Assembly (NCBI GenBank): GCA_049999805.1
Contig: JBNGIO010006165.1
Span: 86,199-150,198 of the forward strand
Length of the DNA stretch: 64,000 nt
Direction of reading: 5' to 3'
Source of the DNA: Folioceros fuciformis
Taxonomy: Eukaryota
Part shown: positions 1 to 11,500 of the stretch, piece after piece
Position numbering within the stretch: the stretch's first letter is position 1
Layout: each line of letters opens with the position of its first letter
Position numbers and translations under genes: made by a program
The notes under the pieces: generated by a model
Databases searched by the model: none
Seen by the model: only the letters and a program-made list of their open reading frames with translations
Told to the model about the DNA's origin: nothing

Positions 1-238
1 TCCCCCCTGCTATATATCCCTCCCCAGGCTCCGGCTCCTCTCCAACCTGCTGCTCCTCCCCTGCCTTGCCTGCCAGCGCGCAAGCGGCGGACAACGGCTT
101 TCCTGCTTCCCAGTCGTGATCGCGGCTCGAGTCGCGGTTGCCTTTCGTACGCACTTGCCTTGCCTTCTGCCAGAGAGCTTCGCGTCGCGGGGTGCGTTGC
201 GGAATTCTGCGCTTCGGTGAGGGGAAGGGACGAACGGT

Positions 239-755
239 ATGGCCACCACGCTGCGAGCCTTGCAGGCGGGGCGAGCACACGGGCATGTGCACGTGCACGG
301 GAACGAGAACGAGAACCTGGTGCCGCTCTTCTTCGGGGAGCCCAGTGGACAGCAGAGGCGGAGAATTGCGCCGCACGGCCTGCCGGACGCGCCTCTGCGG
401 GATCTCACGCACCTGGCTTACAATGTATGTAATTGCGGAGGCGCCGAGTGCGGTTGGGAGTGGATTGATTTTTTGTTCCTGAAAAGTGATGGGGAAAGTT
501 TGTTTCTTTGTTCCTCTGCGTTGCATTTCCCCGACACAGCTCTGCTCACCTTGTGCGCGCGCCTTGCTGCAGGTGATGAATGTGACGGAGCTGCAGAGGC
601 CGTCCCCGATCAGATGGAGGTTACATGAAGGAAGGCCGCTCGCCAGCCCGGTCAGCACGCCGCACAGGGCCACCAAGGTGTCTGCCATTGCCACTGAAGT
701 CTGCGCTGTGAACGTTGATTCCAGCACTGTGCTTCTGCGCAAGGGGTTCAGATGA
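239..755 (+). CDS. Small 2-exon protein (~122 aa) with KEN-like, D-box-like and C-terminal LRKGFR motifs; putative APC/C-interacting protein
   Basis: Exon 239-424 joins exon 573-755 in frame across a GT(425)..AG(572) intron. Motifs: NENLVP, APLRDLTHL, terminal LLRKGFR*. TATA-like TATATAT at 11-17. Confidence 0.6.
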
Positions 756-895
756 CATGACAGCGCGGGACTAGCCATACAGCACAGCACAGGCCGAGGA
801 TGTCGTACGACAAGGCAAGATCATGAGATGGAGGAGATTGGGAGCGAGGACTCTAGCTATCTCCATCGCTCTCGGCTTTTCCCTCCTCAACCGGC

Positions 896-925
<30 letters not shown>
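896..925. repeat. (TCTGG)n pentanucleotide microsatellite
   Basis: About 6 consecutive TCTGG units. Confidence 0.85.
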
Positions 926-926
<1 letters not shown>

Positions 927-1936
927 CTGCTTCAACAACAGCAACAACTAACAACTCTGGTCAGCTGCAACAGATTGGCCCAATTCTTTTAGGGTGATTT
1001 GGGAGCCCTACATTAAGGATGTATCAGGGAAGAAGAAGGACAGGGCGCACTGCCAAGCAATGGCTCTTTCTTTTTGGCAGCTTTCATCTCGGAAGCTTCA
1101 ACTCACCAACTTCAGATTGTAGGTAGGTAGGCAGGTAGATAGTCTTGAGACAACCTCTCACACACACCCTCTCCACTCGAGGGTACGGCTTTCATCACAA
1201 CTCGCATCTGTACTACTCCCCGCCCGTGGAGCAGTTCCGATGCATTGAATTGAGCGGCTGTCACCAATGTGACCAGCCTTGGCCACTTTCTCACGCTCTC
1301 TGGATTCATCACGCGATTCAGACGATGCACTTCTGTGGAACGAGCCCAAACGTTTCCCCGTGACAATTCCTGGCACGGTGGCACCTAACAAGGCTGCCTT
1401 CTGGCGCGTACGTATTAAAAAACAGAACCCTCTTTCGCAGATTACCCTCTTTTCTGTTGGCTACAGTCCAAAGCCAGATCAGATTGTGGCGATTAAAGCC
1501 TCCCTCCTGGCGCCACACAACCATCGGGGTCCCACCCTGATCAGAGGTCAGACTTTATGTCGGAGTTCCCAGTGTACATGTGTTCAGTACATCAAAGTTG
1601 CACCCGTGTCCTTTATCGTGCCCGTGCCCCTTGTTGTGGATATGAATTCCTGTTAAATATTTACACAATTCTCAAACGCAGACATGGCAGTGCCAACTCT
1701 TCAAGTCTCCATCTCAGAATTTCACTCGTACTTCGATGTTATTTAGTTCTTCAACCAGGAGATCAGGAATAATTATTTCACTCTAGATCTGAAACACTCA
1801 GTTCATTGAACTATTATTCCATCTATACCTGAGGGGACACAGGGTAAGGACAAAGCCGGCATTTCGGGCTAGGAGGACATGCATTACGTCATACATACAA
1901 CCACCAAGACAGAGTCGACACAGGGCCGCTCCTCGG

Positions 1937-3660
1937 TCATGCCCCCCTGAGGAAAAAGGCTTTGGCTATCTGATAAGCAGCGGCTCGAGATGCTAAATTC
2001 CCTGTCAACACCTCTTGCTCCACGTCCTTCATTATGCATTGGAGAGAGTCGTCGGTCCGCAGCCTGAGCCCAATGAGTGACCCATGTCAATAACTGGCTG
2101 CAACTGTTTCCTGGCACTTTGCAGAGGGAGATGGTCTGTCAGATATGACTTGCCTTTCGACGATCTCATTTTTTAGATTGCTCCATAGCAGCTGTTTATT
2201 CTGCTCCTTCCGTCGGGCTTGGAGTTCCCCTGAGGCTGTCATGAGTTTCTTGAACTCACACATATTTTCCCACACATGTACAATGTTTGTTCCCGCTTTG
2301 GCACTGCATGACATGACCTGAACAGGAACGTATCTGTTTAGGACATACAGTCGCTTCAACATCCACGATGAAGACGATTCAAGGGTCAACATAGAAGCCC
2401 TTACCAGAGGAGTCCATGTTTTCGAGCGGGGAGACATCAAATGCAGGGCGTTCTTGTAGTCAGCTACTGTGCGCGTTGCTGCTCTTTCAAGATCCCCATC
2501 TGCTTTGTTGACAACCAGCATGTCGGCTATCTCTACCACCCCTGCACACAATGTCTCCGATTTTACCTCCCGTGAGCGTGCTGAGAATTGTCCACAGGCA
2601 GCGGATGAAAAGAGAGAGGTAAGGGGCGCATATTGTATCCTGACCTTTCTTCATGCCCTGAAGTTCGTCTCCCCCTGCGGGAGGGAGGATGAGAAGGACC
2701 ATGTCCACAACCTCCGCAACAGCCGTGTCGCTTTGACCTCCGCCTACTGTCTCAATCATCAAGACAGAGTAACCTCCAGCCTAGACAGAAAAATGACACG
2801 TCGTGTTCATGTCACTAGTCTTACTCAGCAAACAGCTGCTGCGTACAACTAAAACTGAATGTCTACCTCACACAGCAAAGCAGCATCTGCTGTGTTTCGG
2901 GCGATGCCACCAAGATGACCTCTCGCAGGTGTTGGCCTGACGAAGGCATTCGGATCCACCGACAGCATATCCATCCTGGTCTTATCCCCCAAAATTGAGC
3001 CCCCACTCCGCTCCGACGACGGGTCTATCGCCAAAACTGCCACCTTCTCTCCTGATCTTGTTGCACAGCTGCCAACAACTGACAGATCACAAAGAAGAAC
3101 TTGCTGCAGCCCCTTGAGGCTACATCCCCCTTCCAACATGCCTTACCACTTCCATCCAAATGCAACAAAAACCACAATTCTTCTCCTCACCTTCGATGAG
3201 AGAAGACTTGCCCGAACCCGGAGGCCCGGTGAGGGCAACTCGGAACATCGGTGGCTTTGACTGCGGATCCACCAGCCTGGCCACCTGGAGATACTGCAGA
3301 AGCGCTGATGCCTGGCCCCTGTGATCCACCCGGCTAGATTCGCAGAGCGTGATCCCGCGGCTCAAACAGCTCTGATTCCCCCCCAAAATCCCCTCTGCCA
3401 GCCTGCGGGTCTCTTGCGTCATCTCCACGTGCTCACCCTTGGTTGCAGCAGCTCCTGCTGCGAAAATCATGCAGCCACCGTCACAAGATCTGTCCTCCTC
3501 ACACACCAAAATTGAGACTCGTCTCAAGTGTCACCTAACCTGCTTTCGCAGCTGAAGCGCTCGCATGGCTCCTGGTCTGTGCAGCAAGAGCAAGCCGGAT
3601 CATCACCTTCGCCACGGCCCTTCCCGGGCTGCTGAGCATCAACCTCATCCGGCACATCAT
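1937..3660 (-). CDS. MMAA: Methylmalonic aciduria type A / MeaB GTPase (chaperone of B12-dependent methylmalonyl-CoA mutase), multi-exon
   Basis: Spliced exons give GPPGSGKSS (P-loop), [38 protein letters not shown] (switch III), NKAD, CSA and a C-terminal ..[13 protein letters not shown]. The Arg/Ala/Ser-rich N-terminus resembles a mitochondrial presequence. The start codon is inferred. Confidence 0.92.
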
Positions 3661-3949
3661 CCTCGAACCGGAGACGGAAAAACACCGATAATGGTAAATC
3701 TCAGCACTGTGCAACTGCGAGCACGAGCGGAGCAAAGACAGGCAAAGGATCTGCCGCAGAATCAGCAATTCTGACAAGGAATCGCGACGTGAGATAAACG
3801 TCCTCTCCGCAACGCACTGCACGTCTTATGCTGACTCACATCCATTCTGGAAGTGAAAGGTGGCCATCTCTAAAGCCCTACCAAAGCCCTAACCAGGAAA
3901 GCAAAGGAGTCGAGCTTGTGAGAGGGAGCAAGGAGCGAGCAGGAACGAC

Positions 3950-5170
3950 ATGGCCATGGCGGGCTCCAATATGGCAGGGGGCCTGGCTGTGACCCGTTCC
4001 AACGATCACTTCTGCCCTTCGCAGACTAGGACCAGCTCCATCTCCTCCTCGACGCGAAGAAGAGCCAGATGTGGCGTCTCGTGTCGGATGCGGCGGCATT
4101 TCGACGGTGGGGTGCATGCAACCACGCAAAGCTCGTCCGTTGACAGTCGCCGGACGAACTTGGAGCGAAGTTCGGAGCATGTGGACGGGCTGGACAGGAG
4201 AGTGCGGGAGAAGCAGCAGGAGGAGATCGAGCAGCTGCGGGAGATGCGGCTGGCGACGGCGCTGAAGACGCCGTACAAGAAGGACGGGACAATCGACTCT
4301 GAGGCGTGGAAGTCGCTCGTGGCGTACCAGATCGAGGGTGGGGCGGACGGGCTGGTGGTGGCAGGGACCACCGGAGAGGGTCATCTCATGAACTGGAGGG
4401 AGCACATTGATCTGATCAGGTTGACGTTGGAGCAGGTGCGGAATTCTGGTGATGCGGGCAAGAATTTCAAAGTGGTGGGTTACACGGGGAGCAATTCCAC
4501 GCAAGAGGCGTATGAGGCCACCAAGGAGGGTTTCAATCTGGGCATGCATGCTGCGCTGCAGATCAACCCGTATTACGGGAAGACCTCGCTTGCGGGGCTG
4601 AGGCGACATTTCGGGTTGCTTCTGGATATGGGGCCTACGATCGTGTACAACGTGCCGCCGAGGACGAACCAGGACATTCTTCCGGAACTCATGGAGGAGT
4701 TGGCTCAAAGTCCCAATTTTGTTGGTGTAAAGGAGTGCGTTGGGAATGACAGAGTGCTGCACTACACGAGGCAGGGGATGGCTGTGTGGAGCGGCAACGA
4801 TGACCAGTTCCATGAAGCCAGGTGGAAGCACCAGGCTCGCGGCGTCATCTCTGTGGTGAGCAATCTGGTGCCATCACTGGTCAGTAAGCTGTTGGAAGAG
4901 GAGAATTCTGAGGCGAATGAGAAATTGCTTGTCTTGGTTCGTTGGCTGTTCTCCGACTTCAATCCAATCGGGGTGAACACAGCGCTGGCGCAGCTGGGTG
5001 TGGTGCAGCCTGTGTTTAGATTACCTTACTGCCCTTTCGACCTTGAGATGAGGCAGGAGTTTGTACGCATAGTTGAAACCATCGGGCGGAAACACTTTGT
5101 GGGCGATGAGGAGGTCAGAGTTCTTGCAGATGGCGAGTTCATATACCATCCGGATTTTTCCGGCAAGTGA
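3950..5170 (+). CDS. dapA: 4-hydroxy-tetrahydrodipicolinate synthase (DHDPS), plastid precursor, intronless
   Basis: 406-aa ORF with GTTGEG, MNWREHI, GSNSTQEA, INPYYGK, IVYNVP and catalytic GVKEC, plus a Ser/Arg-rich transit-like N-terminus. Confidence 0.96.
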   Translation: MAMAGSNMAGGLAVTRSNDHFCPSQTRTSSISSSTRRRARCGVSCRMRRHFDGGVHATTQSSSVDSRRTNLERSSEHVDGLDRRVREKQQEEIEQLREMRLATALKTPYKKDGTIDSEAWKSLVAYQIEGGADGLVVAGTTGEGHLMNWREHIDLIRLTLEQVRNSGDAGKNFKVVGYTGSNSTQEAYEATKEGFNLGMHAALQINPYYGKTSLAGLRRHFGLLLDMGPTIVYNVPPRTNQDILPELMEELAQSPNFVGVKECVGNDRVLHYTRQGMAVWSGNDDQFHEARWKHQARGVISVVSNLVPSLVSKLLEEENSEANEKLLVLVRWLFSDFNPIGVNTALAQLGVVQPVFRLPYCPFDLEMRQEFVRIVETIGRKHFVGDEEVRVLADGEFIYHPDFSGK

Positions 5171-5507
5171 AACTAGTCGAGTCTACTTTCCTGAACCCGA
5201 AGCTCACGTAAATCCCAGACGTAGAACTCCCATCACGTGCATGGAGGTAAGTTCATGGGTTTGATTTCCGAGGTTTCCTTCGTTTCGCCTGACTCGACGC
5301 GGTGTCTCGTCGACCTGTTTTGTAGCCTGCTTAGGATGTTTACCAAGAGGATGTTCAGTGGATTCTCTCTGCACACCATGGTGTGGTGCACCAAGTAGCA
5401 TTAGTTCAACAATCACAACTCCCTCCACATAATCGAAGGGAAGTGTTTCTGACTTCAGAAATTATGTGCTGAGGTAGATCAAGACGATTGCCACTCATAT
5501 CCCCCTC

Positions 5508-8500
5508 CTAGAAGAGAGGAAACGCCGTTGGGAAGAGAAGAGCAATTAACCTTTTCTCGTGGGCAGCCCAGTGAGACCACCCAACTTCTTCGACGTACTT
5601 CGTTCGAAGTTCATACAGGTGTTTCTGTGGTGGCTTGCCCTCGTCCTGAATTAGGTCGTTCAAAAGCTGTGTGAACATAACGCGGTCCTGGGTCAGCGAC
5701 CATGCAAAGGAAGCAACCTGGATCAAACGGGCGCATGACAAGGTTGTTCACCTTAATGGCAGATCCGTATCGTCCAGCACGTCGCTCTCTTCTCACGGTC
5801 AGCAGGCCATATTTGGGTGAGGACGTATCAGCCCACTTTCTGAGCTCAGCATAAAGAGAGTCGATTTCATCCAGCACGGCTCCTGACCCGTTGTTTGGAA
5901 CATCTAAAACAGCAGTAGAGACTTCAATTCTGATCTTCTTTTCTTGCAGTGGCAAGTCCGTGTTACGTTCAGGGTCTCCTCTGGTAGTCTCTGACGCGCG
6001 AGAGGGAAGACCCTCAGTAGATCCAGAGCCATGAACAGCTGACTCAGGTTCGGTGCCGTCTACTACAACATTGTCCTCGGAAGCCACTCCGCCGATTTCA
6101 GAAGCAGCAGATGCGACATGACTTTGAGAGACAGGTTGGTTCTTCTGGTATCATAAAAACATGAAAGTGAGCCACATAGAACCATCAAACGCATCCAAAG
6201 AGGTGAAGGACACTGATTGACGTGCCGAGGTATACCATCCTTTGCTCCTCCAGGTTGAGAAGTGAAAGTCCCTTCTTATAGAGGGCCTCAGCAAGGGCAT
6301 CTCGTTGTATTTCCATCTCCTTCTTCACTTGCTGCAAAAAGCCAACGAGAGAGTCAAACAGGCATACGCAGCCCGGTTCCAATGCATCAAGGTAAATCTG
6401 TCTGTACGGAGAGGGTGTCTGCAGAACTCATACCGCAGCATCCGCTGTTTCCGCTTCCGATTTCATTGCGAAGAACCTGGCGAGTTCATCTCTGTCAATT
6501 AAGAGTTCTATGTCGTCCGCTGCCTTGATAATCTGCAAACAATCAGGTCTCAACTTAGAGCGGCACAAATAAGGTGCAAGAACAACGCGTCTCTTCTATG
6601 ATCTGCTCTCATGAGCTAAGTTCACATCGGACTCAAAATTTTGCCAGCTGACCAGCTCATCATCGGGAGTCGGGGCTGCTGCCAGCTTCTGCAGAATCTC
6701 CACAAAAAGTTGGAGGTGCTTCGGATACTCCCCCTAGAGTCATGACAGACATAACAGCAATCAACTGGACTGCGTCTCAAGTGCTGTCTGACTATTACAG
6801 TGCAGAAAACGGTCGATGAACCTAAACCTTCAAGGTAGTGACGAGGTCATCCCACTCCTTGCGCTCGTCAGGTGTTGACAATGGCAGGCTGGACAGCAGC
6901 TTAATTTTCGCATCTCTCACCTGTAGACATTCATGTCAGCACCCCAGAGGAGACCAACAGATGTACCGAAGGTAACCCGGAATAAGGTTCTCTCTGTAGG
7001 AGATATAAAAGCTTCTTTCTCAGCAGACGCCAACGACAGTCTCTAAGAAGGCCATGATGATCAGTGGCGTTTCTAATCAGACTGTATTTTACAAACAACG
7101 GTCTATCCTTTCCCGTATTCGTCTTCCCAAGTTCATGCCTGGGTTCTGCTGAGCTCTGATTGAAAGCTCTGGTTATATGCGGTCTGGGTTGCAGCAAACA
7201 GACTCTTAGAACTGGTCCTTACCTCTTCCTCAATCTTCTGTCCGAGGCTTTTCTTGGCTTCAACATTATTCTTCTCCTTCGTTTTCTCCTCAGCCTTCAT
7301 TTCAAAAGATAGGCACAACTGTAAGCATGATTCAATGAAGAAACTATTCATAAAGCTAGGTGACCTTACTAACAGCTTTCGCCTGAGTAAATTGCCAGTC
7401 TAAGGGACGACGCGGGATTTGTTTGAGGAAAGATCAGTGTTCACCTATCTTAAGTGTGTGTAACTGATACAAAGTAAAACGGTATTGTAGATTAGTTTTG
7501 CTATTTCTGTACCTTACAAGACCTTTTCTGGTGCACGAAAAAGATCAGCCTCCCAGCCATACAACTCTCATTTTCCACACATCAAAAGTAGTGTTACGGT
7601 ATGACCCAGATCTTCACCAGGCCTGCACCGCGTAACTGAATCCATGGAACCTAGTTACAATATCCAGGGAATAACCTTAAAAGCTGGCGATACGACATAG
7701 GTGATCTCTGAGGAAGCTGGACAAGACGAGTTCTCATTGATGTGCTCCATGCCAAACGTTATCTTGCCAATCAGTGTGGTTCCCAGAACCGCATCCTACA
7801 ATGAGTGCAGCAAGTTAATTGCTAGTGAAACAAGATAAAGCAGAATGACGCAACCACTGGATTATAGACCCCGTACCTTCGGAAGTTTCTCGTCAGCTGG
7901 AGCAGCAATGTAGAATGGCCAGGTTTCACTGTGACATGAAAGACACGTAGATTGTGGGCTACTTTATCAAACGAACCCCTCAGATCGAATACAATTTGAA
8001 CAACAAACCCAGTTCGCAATCCACGTGCTCAGGCAGTTGACGCCCAAAAATATTTAACAAGTCCAGGGGTGGCGCTGTGCGGTAAAAAAAACTACACAAA
8101 CTCACCCTGGTGAGAGATTCACCGCTTTGAAGGCATACTTCCCAGTCACAGGTCCATCAAGCCGTGAAAAAATGCTCAGCTTTACAGTACTCTGCAAATG
8201 AGACCGAAGCCACAACCAACAATGAGCAGACTTGACTACCGGTAGCAGCTAGTAGCAACATCTTTGACAAGATTGCAGTCCCCTCACATACCTTTTCGTC
8301 AAGTGTTCGGTCAATGAAGACAGTGGCCTTTTTAAGCTTCTCTAAGAAACCGATGTTGTCATGTCTAAAACAAAAAGACGTGACGTGAATCACAGGCAAA
8401 AAAATTGAGGAACATCAGATGCAAAGCACAGTAGAAAGTGAGCATGGACATGCATCCGGAAGCAGCTCAAGGAAAGACATCAGCTACATCTTTAGCAAAG

Positions 8501-11500
8501 CATGAGAGTCCCGTTGAGTTGATCAGAGAATCTACCTGATGTGTACTCGCAACATATATTCTCCTTTTGCTAGCTTCACGCCCTTTGGATAGCAGTCACC
8601 AGTCGAAAGAACCCTCTACGTAGAAATAAGACAGAAGGTGTGAACAGCTAAACAGAGACTGGCACGTGCATATGCATGTCACAAGCCAGAAGTGTATGTG
8701 TAGAAAGGTATGATGCTGGGGTGAGAAGGCATGGGTGAAAGAACCTTATTCACATCTGTAATCATGTACAACTGGGATTCGAATTCAGCTTCATACAGTC
8801 TGTTGTTTAAGAAGGGGAAACACGGTTTTATCTTCCCTCCTTCCGACAAAGTAAATTTGTATCTGGAAGGTCAGGCAACATATCATCCCACACATTAGCT
8901 CACGCCCTCTGTTCAAAAAAGCACCGCTTACTTGGGTGACGGACTGTGGCAGGCTTACGTCAAAGTAAGTGAGCTAATTTGACGTCCATTTGGCAACAGA
9001 TCCCGAGCAGGTGACAATGCCACCAGCTTCGACTCAACAGGGCGGAATGGCAACCTAACCTGGGACAAGCGGAAGAGCATGGTTACACACGACGGGGTGG
9101 AAGTGCCAAAAGATAACCTAGGAAATTTGAATGTAATAATTTTTTCTAAGGCAGGCTACCCTTTTTAAACTGGCAGTTGGTGATAATCGCTCCGTTGACA
9201 AAGGAGCTTTTACGTCAACCCTCGCAGTCCCCTCGGTTCCGTGAATGTAGATGTTTTTCTCTCCAGCTTGAAGGCCATGGAATTTCACCTGTATATGCGC
9301 AGGTTCAACCAGAAGTTAATATGGTTAGCAGACATCTGGCAAGACGGGTACAGTAGACCGTAATGCTGTCTTTTGGTAGGAGCAGACACCGCACCTGGAC
9401 TTCCATAGTTGTAGGGACCGGGCTACCAACACCACTGGACCAGTATTGTGCAATACAAAGTTCCATGGTAACTCCCCCTTTAATTGGAAAAGAAAACCCC
9501 TTCGAAGTGGGTGACGTAAATAACACGACACTTTCCCAAACAATGGGCCTTCGCTTCTTGACGAGCTGTAATTCAGCAGCACAGCGATGGTGACGGGTTG
9601 GTGAACACGAAAAGAAAGGCAAGTTACATTTTCACGATGAAGCAGCACATCAGCGACATACTACACCCTCAAAGAGGATGGAGACAAAATGGTTGCAGCC
9701 AAGCATAATCACCTGCACAGCATTTACGAAAAATCGGCGGGGAGTATCCAAGCCAGCTACATGAAGCACTGTTTCTGCCCAATTGGCACCCTCAGGCACC
9801 GCAATAAACTTGCGCTCGATGCGACCTGGACTTGACCAGTCACCAATGGTAAGAACATCGAAGAAATGTCGATGGCAGGTATTACAGTTGCACGTCTCAT
9901 AAACAAATGACAAATAAAAACCTGGGAACTAGTACCAGGAGTAAACGACAAATCCATGAAGGACACAACTGGAGGTCTTGTGACAACTTCCATAGGCTTC
10001 ACAACGGTGATAGGCACTCGGAAAAGTGGACCCCGCCAAGGAGCACTCGTGTCAATGCCAACGACTTCACTGTAGTGCACACCTTCTCGTAAACTTGTAG
10101 GATCTACCATCACACTGCACAAGGGACCCAGCAAAGTGGCACATGCGTGAAAAGAAGAAAAACTAGTCTCGTGTAGCATGCTCGTTGCAAACGCCTAGGC
10201 TGCAGGTTATTACTTGAAACTGCGCCCATTGTTTGTAAGGAGGAGATACTCCGGAGCTTTCACCCAAGATACAGAATTTTCCAGCTGCATACGTTCCTCA
10301 AATGGGACCAACAACTCCAGCTTATCTGCATCTTCATGGAATTTGGGCTTCACTTGAACAGTCCACTGCAAGTTTACAAGAGACGAGCTAGGGAACTTAG
10401 CAACCTGAGCTTCAATTAGAGACAGGCCGTCAAGTTTTCAAAACCCCTTAACAACAAAATGCATTGTACGCTGTACGATGAACTGACCAGGCAGTGAGAC
10501 ATGACATACAATATTAAACCTACCTCACTTGCTTGTTGACAATCATGTGCATCCCTGAGGTAAATTCCTCTGAGTGCTGCAGCTACAGAAGTCATCATGC
10601 CACCACCGTCCAAGCAACTGTCAGCATTACTATTTTAGACGGACTAAAAATAGTCTCAACCAGACTCTCACTGTAACAAAACAAGGAGACAAGTTGCTCA
10701 GACATGTTGAAACATCCAACCATTACGTGAACTTTGTACAAAGGAGGAAAAGCGAAAGAGGACAAACTTGTTGATGAACTTCTAGTAAGTTGTACATTGT
10801 ATGACACTGAGGGTATATTAGTGCATTTCTGCAGATAGTCGTAAGCTCTGCCAGTTCCAGGTTGTCGGGTTCATTAACGATCACATTGAGCTTGCATACA
10901 TTGACTATGCTGTGACAGAATCAATTGTAATATCCAACCATGATACTGAAGACATTCCTAAGAACCCCCAACAGTGAGGATAACACATACCTGTCTACTT
11001 GCAAAAGCCCACGGCCAGTTGTGAGAAGGTCCTCCAAATCATTGCTCACAGGACTTGCTGTGTTCTCCAAGGCTTTGCGGACCACATGTGGACTGATTTG
11101 CTTGCCCTCTGCCTGCACATAGGAAAAGGATTTGCAAGTAAGGACACCAGCACAGTGCACTGTCTACTCTCTTCGCTTCACATTTGGAACAAGGTGGAAA
11201 GCAGTACACTGAACAGCAGTGGGTTGCTGAAAATCATCACTTCCAGAGTACAACATCAAAGCAAATGCACATATTCGTCCTGTGGCCAGCAAATGTGAGG
11301 ACAATCAAGTCAAACAACTACTGTGCAAGGCATAAGGTGGCTGTCCAAAACCGCTTCCCATTCTTCAGGTGAGGGACATCTTGAAGGGCTTGGAAATGCT
11401 TATGCTGCAAGACTTGAGGTGCTACACATGCTAGATAGACAGCACTTCAGGAAGAAGATCAAACGCACCTTCAATGCACTAAGCACCAAAGCTATGCCAC

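Noticed and set aside
1112-1656. Overlapping 70-125 aa ORFs between the first gene and MMAA
   Set aside because: No recognisable domain or consistent splice pattern.
3878-4831. 317-aa minus-strand ORF, and similar long shadow ORFs over the F-box, WAT1 and LOX genes
   Set aside because: These are antisense or alternate-frame artefacts of GC-rich coding sequence.
3950-5170. Intronless DHDPS as a bacterial horizontal transfer
   Set aside because: It has plant-type motifs (W..H allosteric site, WSGNDD, VFRLPY) and a transit-like N-terminus.
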